Below, piece after piece: positions 33,010 to 54,074 of a stretch of 64,000 nucleotides of DNA. The translations under genes and the position numbers were made by a program. Each line of letters begins with the position of its first letter. Positions within the stretch are counted from its first letter, which is position 1. Under the pieces are notes generated by a model. The model had not been told where the DNA came from. It worked only from the letters and a program-made list of their open reading frames with translations, and made no database searches. This stretch comes from Amoebidium appalachense (taxonomy: Eukaryota > Protista > Ichthyosporea): the NCBI GenBank assembly GCA_963693365.1, contig CAVNZM010000005.1:4967167-5031166 (forward strand), in the 5' to 3' direction.

Positions 33010-33650
33010 GTGTACACACGAGCTCCCGTACACATATCCACCCACCAGGGGCCATATCCACACACACCCAGACCCATTCCCACACACACAGAGAGAGAAA
33101 AAAGTAAGTGCACCCACTTCACTTGGCGCAACTTCTTCATTTCGTTTCTTTTTTTCCTTTTATTTTTTTTGGCTAGCACGTCCTGACTGTGCTATCTATA
33201 TTAGTCACCTTTCATACAATCATTTACAAATCGACTTCATTAGAGTTTCATATGTAGTTTCTATAGAAAAATGAGAGCTACCATAGCTACCTTTTTTTTT
33301 TTTTTTAATGATTCAGCTTTTTTTGGACACGTTACATGCAAAAATACTGTGTCTTCTTACCAGAAGCAGCACTCTTCCTAAAACCTCCGAATGAATTGAT
33401 GCCTTAGCAAACGTTTACGACAGTCGTACGTTTAATTCCATCTGTAATTGCGTACCAACTTCGGAATTAACTCAACACATGCGTCACTTGTAACATTACA
33501 TGTACATGCACCTAGGATTTTGAAACACCATTTTGTTGGTGTGACGTCAAGCAAGTCATTTTTCTTTCTCTAAGGCGTCTGGTATCTACATCGAAGCTGA
33601 AGTAAGATTCAAGCGCCCCCTAGGCAGTGCACCTTTAACAACCCATAAGG

Positions 33651-41558
<7,908 letters not shown>

Positions 41559-41848
41559 GGCTGTGGATGCTCTACAGTTCTTGTGTACATACCTATTTCT
41601 CAAAGGTTTTGTTTGTCGTGACTGACGACTGCTGAGCTCGAGACTGCTGGGCCGGCGGTCGCCCCTGAAGCCTTTGGCCGTGACGTCAGGGCAAGCAGGC
41701 ATTCCCGAGGTTACCTTCCAAAAATGGCTTATCAACGATCAAGTAGACAAATAAGGTTTGGCCACTAGAGTTTTCAACTCGGCTTTTTATAATTATTGGC
41801 TCCCGAGTGTGGATTAACTTGAGCTAATCTCACTCCCGACGGCTCGGA

Positions 41849-43315
41849 GTGGTTAATGGGCATCTTTCATATGGTTTTGCTCGTACTAGAGGTCTCTTGC
41901 AGGGTTCATTGCTTAGCCCCTTTTTGTTTAACCTATTTATAGATGATTTGGCTGTCAAGATTTACGCCGAAAACGATGACCCTATTAATAACTTTCCGCC
42001 TGCACTTCTCTATGCTGATGATCTGTCCCTCCTTGCCCGTACCCCTAGACGCCTGCAAAGATTGTTCGATGTAGTGTCAGAGTGGTGCAAGGCAAACCTT
42101 ATGATCCTTAACATAGACAAATGTGGTGTTCTTGTACCTGATATAGCTAACAATTTACACACATTTACATTATCATCTAAACCTGTACCTATAGTTCCAG
42201 AATACAAATATCTTGGTGTTCCGGTTGATTCTGTTGGTGTTATGTTTCCCCATATGGTCGAAAAGAGGGTAGAGTTGGCTCGTAAGCGGTTAGCTTTCTT
42301 CTCGGCTAATATTTTTAAAGACACACCCCTCCATCCTTCTATTAGACTTACATTTATTCGCACTTTTGTCTTCCCGGCATGTGAATATGGTTTACCCCTT
42401 CTCGCCGCTTGGATCAAGAAAGAGAGAACTAGAGCGCTTAAACCCTTGGCAAATTTCCTTGAAGCAGAAGTTGCCTCCTTTCTATCTAACAACTGTTGTA
42501 AACCTGGGCCTGTAACGCTCTCGATATATGGTCTGGTCCCAATAGCTGCTAGAGTATCCTATCTCGCGCTGAAATTCAATAAGCACATAAGCCGCTTAAA
42601 GAAGTATTTGCCCTCCCACCCTCTCTTCTCTATCCGACCTGTCCCCTCCTCACCTCTCCCCTCTTTCCTCCCCTCTCTCTCCCCTTCTCCCCTGGGCACA
42701 AATACAAATAAACCCCGCAATAGTGTGTGTGTGACTTTGGACTGCCACTTACTTATTAAACATGTACACAATCACAAGATAATCACGCAATATAACAAAT
42801 GGAAAAAGATACCACACGACACTAGACCCGATGAAAGCATACACCTTGAAAAACTAAGCCTTATGTCTCGTTTTATATATACTGACCGCCTCAACCATAT
42901 TGCCAAATATGGCACTCGCAAGTGTATAACACCTAAATACATATTACCTTCCTGTAGAACTGGTCTTTCTCTAGCTGATGGTATTATTGATCAATTACCA
43001 CGCTTTTACTGTACACGTGCTATACAGTGGAGATCTAATAAGTATAAGGTGGCATCATTTGCATGCCCAAACAACACACACACACACCAGTTTAACCGGT
43101 CATGTATCGCCAAATGTAGTTTGATAGACCACATAATACCGCAACACACACACGTCACATTCACAACAGACACCCAGAAAGATAGCCTACCTGTAAATTA
43201 CAACATCCTTGATTTTATACTAAACACGCGTAACTACGACCTGTTTATTAGATGTATTGATTGGCTTGAGAAACACATCACTACAAAATTATAGCGCACG
43301 CGCACACACACACAC

Positions 43316-43368
<53 letters not shown>

Positions 43369-43400
43369 CCAGCTGATACCGAGTGTCCCGAGGGGAGCCC

Positions 43401-43438
<38 letters not shown>
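41849..43438 (+). mobile_element. 5'-truncated non-LTR retrotransposon (RT ORF 41849-43294, (CA)n 3' UTR, poly-A tail)
   Basis: RGLLQGSLLSPFLFNLFIDDL, LLYADDL, LNIDKC, YKYLGV; C-terminal Cys/His cluster; poly-A at 43405-43438; no TSD found. Confidence 0.9.
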
Positions 43439-43439
<1 letters not shown>

Positions 43440-44312
43440 GGGGAACCCCAACTAATTGATTTCTCCTTGTAGTCTTTATGGTGTCTCGTAGAGAAAGTAA
43501 ACCCTGATATATAGTCACCACCCGACATCTATGTACGTGATCATGATATACCGCTGAGGGGATATTCCGAGCAAAACCCCCCCCCCCATACCTGAGACTG
43601 GTTCTCTTTGCCTCGAGTAAACAGCGTAAACCCCCAGTGAATTAACCAGCGATCAAGCTGGTTAATCTACTCCGATTAGGTTAATTCCACTCCCGGTTGT
43701 CGATCGGGCGAAAGGCACCCGAGAAATAAGAGAAGTGAGAGAATGAATCTGAAGGGCGGGGCCTTTGTATACCTTCGGGTTTATCCTCGAGCCAATCAGA
43801 TCAGGAACAGTTTGTTTCAAACACATGCAAACATATTCATGTTTTTTTTAAACACAATAACATAATTTAATATCGAAAAAAAAAGTTACGCATAGTTACA
43901 TGGTGTTTGTTGTGTTTTTGTTTCCGACATCACATGATCATAGTTAATGAATCACGTGATTCGAAACTCAAATGTTTCATCGATTGGTCAAAATTATTCA
44001 GATACCCTTACTTGTGCCATCCCCCCCCCCCCCCGTGGCTCAGCCAGTCAGCCCGAGAGCCGGACCGAGATGTATGCTTATGACAGAGATCTATGAGATC
44101 TGCTAATGATATGAATTGAAGGTAGGCGCACTTCAATAACAACAACAAAACAATAATTACGTTCTCACCAAAAGTTACCACTGCTCGGTCTCGCAATTTA
44201 TGATCACTCGGCCTATGGCCTCGTGATCATAACTTGCAGACTTCGCAGTGCTAACTTTGGTGAACACGGCTTCTCGATTGCGGGTGCTACCCTCAATTCC
44301 CAAGCTCCTAGG

Positions 44313-44515
44313 GTGTGACGTAATATTTGGCACGAAATTTATTTGGCACGAGCCTGCAAAACGGTGAAAATGGGGCAGGATGTCGCCCAGGCACCGACAG
44401 GAGCTTGGGGATACCCCTGGATGTGCTCCGCTAGCGGGCTGGTGCCAAATAAATTCGTGCCACATTTTACGTCACCAGGTTCGTGCCAAATTATTTGGTG
44501 CCAAATTTATTTGGG
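44313..44515. repeat. Inverted repeat with tttggcac/gtgccaaa subterminal repeats (MITE-like remnant)
   Basis: gtgacgtaatatttggcacgaaatttatttggcac (from 44314) is inverted relative to gtgccaaataaattcgtgccacattttacgtcac (44442-44475), with further gtgccaaat units to about 44515. Confidence 0.6.
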
Positions 44516-44838
44516 GCATAAATGGGTCGGTTCGAACTATTATGGGTCGAATCAGCTCGAATCGTTCCTGACCCGTTTTCTGACCCGTTTTTGTGGCTCA
44601 TCGTTGGTGGCGTCTGATTCGAGGAATAAACTCGAAAGGCGGGCTAAGCAAGACCACGTCAACCACGTGCAGGTGGTGGCGTACTTGAACGGGCAGTCAC
44701 AGCCTGGACTGGCAGTTGACAGGTGTGACACAGCGCTAGCATCCTTATCATATTGCAGTAGGCTCATATAAAAATAATAAAAACAGACAACACCCTTTAA
44801 TGCTCGATCATAACTGACAGTACATATTTTGTGTGAGC

Positions 44839-45755
44839 ATGGGTTACAAACATGCTCGCGTCCGCATTGGACGTGGGCAAGGCCATTGGGCTTTGCTGAG
44901 GATTCTCGTTCATGTTATCCTCGCCTTTTGTCTTTTGGCTGCAGCGGGTTCAACAAACAACCCAGATGGGGTGAACAAAAAAGTCATTAAGGAAAACAAA
45001 TCTTGGTCTAAAGATCATGCCAAGCTGGAACAGCCATTCGTTGCACGGTACATTGATTATTGCATAGCGGATCATGAGGACTCTGTCGAAGCTGGCACGT
45101 GCCCTCCCCAGCCCTTCCTCAGGGATTGGGTGTGGCATCAAACCCGTCATGGCGGCCGGATAGATGCATCTACAGCGGAGGGAGTCCATCAGGTGATTCC
45201 CCCCTTCCCCCCCCCCCCCCCCCCCTCCCCCCCCTCTCTCCCCACCACCCCCTGCCTCTTTTCCACTTTTTCTCTCCCCTCCCCTGTCTCTCTGTTCTGG
45301 GCCTTACAGGTGGTTCCTCCGTTTTAGAAGTTGTTTTTTATGTAATACGTTAGGTGTGTCCTTTTGCATCTTGTGGATACCAATGCCTTCACCGCTCAGG
45401 CCTTCCCTTGCACTTAATCTTATGGACCTTTGTGCCTCTCCCATGATCTGTTTGGCATGGCATGCTGCCTTTTCTGCTTTGGCTTGCCTCTTATATGTTG
45501 CTATCACCCGATAGGGTATGTGTGGCAACGTGTTCCATATGTTTTGTGTGACCATTCTGTGCAGTGTACCCACTTAAAGCCCACTCCTCCGCTTTTCCCC
45601 CTTCCCTCCCTTCCCCTTTAAGCATACAATTAGTCAAGAGGCAGTACAGGATAGTGGGTAGAGAGTTTCTGTGTGTCACGGTGTATGCCTGTGGGTGTGT
45701 GCTTGTCTGTGTGTGTATGTGCCTGTGTGTGTGTAGTGAGTGTGTGTGTGTGTTG

Positions 45756-45804
<49 letters not shown>

Positions 45805-46227
45805 TTGTGTGTGTAATGTGGGTGGGTGGGTGGGTGGGTACAGAGAAGGGGAGAGGGGGGGGGGGGGGGGGGGGGGGGGGCGTGTATGTGTGTGCCTGTG
45901 TGTGTATGTTAAAGACAGGGGAGGGGGGGAAGGGGGAGAGGTCAGGGTAGGGAGAAAGGGAGGGAAGGATGGGTGGGTGGGAGGGTTGGAGGGAAGGGAG
46001 GGAGGGGGAGAAAGGGTAGAGGGAGGGATGGCGGAAAAGACAGAAAGAGAGGGGCAAAGAGAGGAGGGCAGTCGGTAAAGAGGAAGGGCGGGAGGGTGGG
46101 ACGGAGAGGGAGAAGGGGGAAGTGGAGAATTAGGCAGGGGGGGGGGGGCGAGAGCAAGAGGGGGGTGGGGAGGGTGTGGGCGGTGTGTGTGTGTGTATGT
46201 GTGTGTGTATGTATGTTGTGTGTGTGT

Positions 46228-46260
<33 letters not shown>

Positions 46261-47532
46261 GGATGGGGGATTCGGTTGGGAGTGGGTTCTTTATAGACCT
46301 GGCAACCATTGACCAGCTATTCTCTCACCCTGTCTTTGTGTTCACTCTGCAGCTTATGGCAATAATGGCAACCGTTCCTTGCCTGAGTGTGGTATGGAGG
46401 TTGGGTCTTTCGACAGTGATGGCTCTGACGATGACGATGAGGGGTCAAGTGACGAGAGCCCCGGTTCATTCAACGTGTCAACATGTGTGCGCCTAGCAGG
46501 CCGCAAGCTTAACGCCCGGCGTGCGATGCGCAAGCTGATTGGGTCTGTGCACAGCTCCGAAGGGTTTGCTTTAGCAGCACAGGACCCGGATCATCTGCTC
46601 TTCACTCTAGTGTTCTTTGACGAGGCCGTGGCAGCAGACATACAGCTTGCCAGGTGCTTCCTGCCGAACCCCCCCCCCCCCCCCCCCCCCCCCCCTTCCC
46701 CTCCAACGCCCCCCCGCTCCTCCCTCTCGCCTCTCCCCCCCTTTCCCTGCAGGGCCTCCTCCCCTTTCCCCCATCCCCCTTCCCTCCCCTCCCCCCCCTC
46801 CCCCCCCCCCCCCCCCCCTTTTCTGCATCCCCCTCCCCCTCTCCTCCTTCCCACAATTCTTCCTCCCAACTGCTCCACCTCCTTACTTCCTTGCACGTAT
46901 CAATCCATCTCTCCTTCCAACCCAAGTGACACCAGTTTTTTGTCAGACAACCTGCCTCCCCAGGCCCACTTATTATGCCTGTCCTGTTCCCCTCCCCCCC
47001 CCCCCCTCTCCCCCCTCAGGAGGGCCTCTGCCCATTCGTCCCTCCTTTTCAAGTCCTCCATTACCTCTTACCTCCCCTAATTCTCATTATTCTCTAATAG
47101 TATACCTATATCTTCCATCCTACCTTTTTGGAAGCTCCCTGCTTCTCTTCCACCTATTTGAAAGCATCTGCATCTACCCCCCCCCCCCCCCCCCCCCGTT
47201 CATAGCCCCTCCTTCATCAGTACTCCCTTACACCTGCCCGGCCCCCTTCAGAGTGCCTAACCCCCTCCCCCCCCCACACACACACCCCTCCCCTTTCACA
47301 CACCTGCACACACGAACGCACCCATGCATGCACGCATGCACCCTCCCTCGCAGCCACGAGCGCACACACTCTTATTCACTTATAGAATTGTTAATAATCT
47401 AATGCCCCCCCCCAACCCCCCCCCCCCCAACCCCAACCCACCCACACACGCACACACACACACACGCCAAGGTTTCCCTTGTTCTGCTCCTCGGCCTTTC
47501 CGCCTTCCCCATAATCTGTCTTTCTCTCTCTT

Positions 47533-47567
<35 letters not shown>

Positions 47568-50062
47568 CCCACCCCACTGTCACCCACCCCACCACCACTG
47601 CCCTACGTCACCCTCCCACTTCTTGTCTTTGCTTATTCTTCCTTGTGATGTGCAACACAGGGACATATCCGGGCCACCTGAGGTCCAGCAACAACGCCTT
47701 CTTCAAATTCTGGGTGCCTGGAGAATGGAGCTTATGGAAACACCCGCTGACGGCAACTGTTTGTTTCATTCGGTGTGGCATTATATCAATCAGTATCTAC
47801 AAAGCGGTCATGTAGCTACCCGTGAACACCTCAACACATTGGGGTTTACAGCTAATATGGAGCCTATAGAGGCGATTGGACGGCTACGCGAACTAATGGT
47901 AAACGAATGGCGGCGAAATCTAGCAGAATACCAAGGATTCCTTTCAAGGGTGACCCTCGCATACGTAGCTGATGATTTCCGCTGTCCTCGGCGCGCCCAT
48001 TTTGCTTCTGCAGCCGGTGACGCGATGGTGCTGGGCTTAGCCAACGCACTCCGCATACCAATAACCATTTTTAGCACGATTGCCAATCACGGTGTAGTTG
48101 CGGTCACTCCACCCACCGTCATCGAACCCAACATTGCCATACCCGTATCACTTAACGGTGCAGCAGATCATTACTCAGTGGTAATACCTCGCTTGTCGCA
48201 TGCGAACAAAATCTCGGACAACAACCAAACACAGACATCACACTCAGTTGACACGGAAAACTCGACGGAGTTGGCGTCTAACGCTAACACAACTGACACG
48301 TTCGGTGGGTTGCCCGCCAAGGGCTGCAGCTGTAATAGAAACAGTAAGGATAGAACACGTTTTTTTTGTGGTTTTAAGAACGGCGGGGGAAAAGTGCAGG
48401 CATACGATGGGCATGAGCGTTGCATATGCGCAAAGAACAAGCGGGCATGCACCCAGGCATGCAGGTGTGAGAATTGTGGCAACAGGTGAGCCGTATGATA
48501 TGCATTTGCTACTTTTCTTCTTTTGCATCCTCTATTTGCCCACACTTGGTACTTTATAATCGAAACCTTAACTTGGCCAAATCCAGGTATTTCTGCTTGT
48601 CCCTCTCTTTATTCCCCCCCCCCCCCCCCCCCCCCCCTTTCCCCCTCTCCCCCCCCCCCCCCCCCCCCCCCCGGGAGGGGAAAGAAAAGCCCCCTCTCCC
48701 AATCCCCTCCCCCTCCTGTATCCGTCGTTTCATGATGTCTAACCCCTCCTCCTCCCCCCCACCTTCCCCACTGCTCACCACCTGCACACCCGCACACCAT
48801 ACACAAACTTAAACACACACACGCATGCACGTGTGCACGCACACACACAGCCCCTCCCCCCCCCCCCCCCCCCCCACCCAACACACACACACACACACAC
48901 ACAATGCATCCGCGCATCATGGTCCATGCATACACGTGTGTGGATAGATGCACAGGTGCACGAATCCACGCACGCACGCACCCACAGAGCACGTGTGCGC
49001 ACGCACACACAAACACACATGTGTACACGTGCGCGCGCATTCACACGCACACACAAACGCACATACACATGCAGTCATGGACAGCGGCCAGAGCCAAACC
49101 GTCCAGGTCGCCCGTCTACCATGCAGCTGCATTTATCCGGCGAAGGGGGGAACCTTTCCCTGAGAAGTGGTGATGGGTCCAACACCACCCATACGGCCAA
49201 CACAACAGCCACCAGGGGCAAGGCCACTGCCACGGTTCCAACGCAAAGGCGGCGCGCACGATTCACGCAAACACGAACCACAGATCAGAATGGTTTGGAG
49301 TATTATGTGTCTGTGGGCGAGGAGGTACGTTCGGGTAGATGGTCGGATGCGGAGACCGCGTTGATTGAAAGTATTGTTATTTCGCTTGCGGAACAAAAGT
49401 TGCCGGCAACAGAGGAGGACATATTTGCACATTACCATGCAGCATTGGAGGGCAACGAGGAGGGTGTGGGGCTGGATGCCATCCTTTCCAAAACATTGAA
49501 ACAAATCAAGTCAAAAATAGAACACATTGAGAAGGAAAGACGTTTGCGTAGTCAGGTGGCCGCCGAGGTGAGGGAGGAAATCGCGAGGGCTAAGGAAGCC
49601 GCTGCTAGTACAGTTACGGAGAAAGCAAGCGAGAGAGCACGAAACACGAAACGTGGGCTGAAGTCACAGAGTAATTCACAGACTGCCCCGTCAAAGAAGG
49701 CCAAGCCCAGCGGCCTTTCACGTGCAAGCACCAACACAGGTGTTGCCCCTCAGGAGCATGATCCCACCAGTTCGTCAACCGATTCGGCGGATGAATTCCA
49801 AAGCACCCAACAGTCTGGGGTGATTCCCCCTAGCCAGCACCCGCACCATCCGCAAGCGTTCCACCCCAGTTATTATCACACATACCCGAGCACGATAGCC
49901 AGTGCACAATGTAGCGTCTGTCAACTGACTTTAGCAATCCCTCCCCATCTGTGTCATACTTACATGCAATGCTGTAGGTGCAAGGCCATGTTGTATGCTC
50001 TGGTCACCGCTTTTGGCATCCGCCTGCTCAGTTTTAGTGTCACGGATAATAGGTGGAAGTGA
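44839..50062 (+). CDS. OTU-like cysteine protease + CXC Cys cluster + Myb/SANT-like helix bundle + CxxC-CxxC zinc ribbon protein
   Basis: Phase-consistent exons 46353-46653, 47661-48485, 49075-50062; upstream exon 44839-45192 is likely, but the linking exon is unresolved. OTU PADGNCLFHSV..ADHYSVV; CSC..C..CICAKNKRACTQACRCENCGN; GRWSDAETALIESI..KTLKQIKSKIEH; CSVC..CCRC. Confidence 0.7.
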
Positions 50063-50610
50063 GCCAATCCCTCCACGTAGTTTTTTATTTTTCTAATTGT
50101 TATTGTGGCTGCCAGCTGCTTTGGGGTCAGGTGGCAAACGTAGGGCATGTCTAGTAGGTTCGATTAGTATGGGATTTGGCATCATGATGCCAAGACTTAG
50201 TCAATACAGTAACTTAAGAATCAGTTTGTTAGGTGTTAGTTGTAACATTTAACTTCCAGTAATGTTCAGCATGTCAGAGTGGTAGTTTATGATTGTAATG
50301 TTACTTACAGTTTAACTGTAATGTCACGGTGTATGTAGAGTATGCTGTCACATTCAATGCACACACACGGCACACACACATGAACATGCACACACGCAAC
50401 CACATACACGTCAAGCACACACTACGTATACATCCATGCATGCGACATTCGCCTTTTTAATACCTATGATATCATTACGTAGTCAAAATACCATAATAAT
50501 AATGTGTAGAAGTGATTGCAGGTCACTTTCACATGCTGCAGCTGTTTTATTAATAATGACACCGTAAATTAATGGCAAGCACACTGCAGACTCGGATTCC
50601 CCCCTCCCCC

Positions 50611-50641
<31 letters not shown>

Positions 50642-50649
50642 AAAAAAAA

Positions 50650-50712
<63 letters not shown>

Positions 50713-51336
50713 TTCCCACCTCGAAATTTTTGGGCGGGGGCGGGGGGCGGGGGCGGGGGCGGGGGCGGGGGCGGGGGGGGGGGGGGGGGGGGGGGGGGAG
50801 CTTGGGAAACGAGGGTGCAACCCGATTGCGTAACACCAGATTATTTGGTTTTTTGGAAGCCAATCGAAATGTGCGTACCCGCCGCACCGTCACCGCGCGC
50901 GCGCCGGAGGCCTCAGCATGGCCTCAGCCGTAAGACATCTTCAGATACCCTTATTTACTTGTGCCATCTCAGCCGTCGGACTCTCCGCTTATGAGTCCAG
51001 GAGGTTTTTTTTTTTGAGGAGAGGCGCCGCGCTTATTGTAGTGTGTGACTGTGGCGCACGATGTGTTTGCGAGGAGAATGGGAGGGCGCGGGGAAGGAGG
51101 GGAGGTGGGGGCCGACGTTGCCCGCTCGGACTTTCGGAGAGTGGGAGGAACTGGATAACCAAATATAGCAAGAACATGGTTTTCCTATTGGCTTACCTCA
51201 CATAACAACAATTTGCGTAAAAGCAGCCTGAGCAGTGAGCTGGGGCCATTGGGCCCACCGCCCACGAGACTCGCACGAGATTCCACCACAGCTGCATGCA
51301 GCCCGCCCCTCAACGCCGATCTTCGTTTTCGTCAAT

Positions 51337-52852
51337 ATGGACACAGAAACAAACACCTCAGCCAACAAATGGCGCCAGTTCGCTCAAAACACGACTGTAA
51401 GTCCACGCAGCTCCCACTACCTTGGTGCTGTGGGCTCCAAGGTTTACCTTTTTGGCGGTGAACTGGGGCCTCGTGTGGCCATTGACTCGGCGACACATGT
51501 GCTGGATCTGAACGATGGGAGTGGGTCTTGGACCCTTCTGCAAGCAAGTAAGTCTGTTAGACGAGGATCTCAACACATGCTTGCTTGTGTGTGCATCGTG
51601 TTTAGGAATGGAATAGATGCGAGGCCACGAGGCTGGAGAGGCAGAGATTCTCACACATATACCCACGTGCACCCTTGCCCACGCCAACGTGTCTATCTCG
51701 TTCTATCTCACAATCCTCACTCTCTGATCCTTTCACCATTTGATTCACGGGGGTGGGCCATGCCCCCTCACTTGCGTGATACTTTATAATTGTGGAGCTC
51801 GTCAATTAATAAATTGCCTGTGGGTGTGTGGGACACGCAAGCACGCGGGTTGATTTTCGTTGTACGGTGTGTGCTTTCTGCACGAAGGTGTGTATGTTTG
51901 CTGTTGATGACACGACTGTGCACTGTAATATTGTAATGTAGTCCTGTATATGCTGTTTAACTTTGTGCTGCACACTGAGGTTTCCCTCTATACACACCCC
52001 CATTCTCTCTTTCACACCGCTTCCTCGTTAATGCTCCGTTGTTGTAACCAAATCGACATCCTCCAGCATTCTTGTTTTTGGTGATCACACACTAACTAAT
52101 TCGCCACAAGCTAAGCACATGGATGTACCTGCCTGTCACCGAACTGACTAACCCTACCATAACGTTATCATTGCCCTAAATTCTCAACACATGTCTATTC
52201 GTTACTGACACATTTTTTTCCTTGTGCAGGCGGCGATGTTCCTCCCGCCATCCTTGCCGCTGCTGGCACGGTGTTGGGGGACAAGATCTACATCTTTGGT
52301 GGACGTGAGGGTGGAACCATGGGCGAGGGTGTAGACCTGGACACTCTTTACTGTCTCGACACCACAACGAGCACCTGGTGCGTGGGCTGGGCCCTCCTCT
52401 CCATCTCTCTTGCGGTTTTCATTCTTTCCCTGGATTTTCTTCTGAAACTTTGCTGATTCCTTTTTTTTATAATTATTATTAGACACTTTTTACTATAACA
52501 CAATTTGAAATGTATAGTATAAGTATATCGAGATATACTTATACTATACTTTTTGATGTGGTCAATTTTACCGTACCACTTTTTGTTTATTTTATAAAAA
52601 GTATATCGCGAACAGCCGATCCGATCTTGGCGCGCTTTCGATGCGTTCGCATCCAATCAAATTTAATCTGGCCAAAAGATATACTATACTTCCGAAGTAT
52701 ATCTTTTGGCCTTTTCATAGGATCGATATACTTAAGTATATCGATTTTGAATTTGGCAGGTCGGCGATATACTTATACTATACTTTTCAAAATGTATTAT
52801 AGTAACACGTGTCTATTATATTATTATTATTATTATCATCATCATCATTATT

Positions 52853-52903
<51 letters not shown>

Positions 52904-53001
52904 GGTTCCCTTTGGCAGTCTTCTTTTCTTACACGGAAGAGGGGAAGAAGTATTTGTGGGAGAAGGTGGGAAGTGCCAAGATGGGGATCCTGTGTTTGTC
53001 T

Positions 53002-53044
<43 letters not shown>

Positions 53045-53354
53045 ATTCTCCCCGTCAATCGCCGCCGTTGCTTGCCCGAGGGGAGAAGGAGCCGGGGGGA
53101 GGGCACCAGGGGACAATCAGCCTAGTCAGGTTTCACGACGAATGAAGAAAACTTTCTAGTTTAATTTGTTGTAAGTTTAATTGTCGTTATTCGTCGTGCC
53201 TGCTGGATGAAGTTTCTTGGGGTTGTGATTGTTGGGTGAGGCTACAGGCGATCGGTTATAGCACTTGTGTCTGTGGCTCAACCACTAACCAAATATCCCC
53301 CCCCCCCCCCCCCATCCCCCCCGCTGGCGTTTTACCCCCATCCCCCCCCTCTTC

Positions 53355-53440
<86 letters not shown>

Positions 53441-54041
53441 TCCATATAGACACTAAGACACACGTGCACACCCACACCCACACCCTCCCACCCAACCACC
53501 CACTTAGCCCCTCCCCCCCCCCCCCCCCCTACACACACACTCGTGCGGCCCCTCCTCTTCCCACCCCACCCTCCCTTACTGCTTCCCCCCCCCCCCCCCC
53601 CCCACCTTCCTCCCTCCCTCCCCCTTTGTCCCCCCCCCCCCCCCCCCCCCTCCCTGCCCCCCTTAAACACACACAACACGCACACACACAGGACACGCCT
53701 GGTGAGCACAAACAGCCCCCCAGCCGGTCGGAGTTACCACACAGTGTGCTCAGCCAATGGGCAAATCTACGTTTTCGGTGGGTGCAGTGGCCACGACAGG
53801 CTGAACGATGTGTGGGCGTACGACGTGGAGAGGAATGTGTGGGAGGTGGTGGTGGCGCCATCAAAGGAGGAGGGGGCACCCAAGGGAAGAGGAGGGTCAC
53901 AGGTGGGTGTTTTGTGTTTGGTTTCTTTGTTCTTTCTTTCTATCTTGGTTTGTCGACTTGGAGCTTTGGTTTATATGTTCATTGTTTCGTTTTTGGAGAG
54001 GAGGAGGAAGGGAGGGAGGGGAGTAGGGGGTGGGGGGGGGT

Positions 54042-54074
<33 letters not shown>

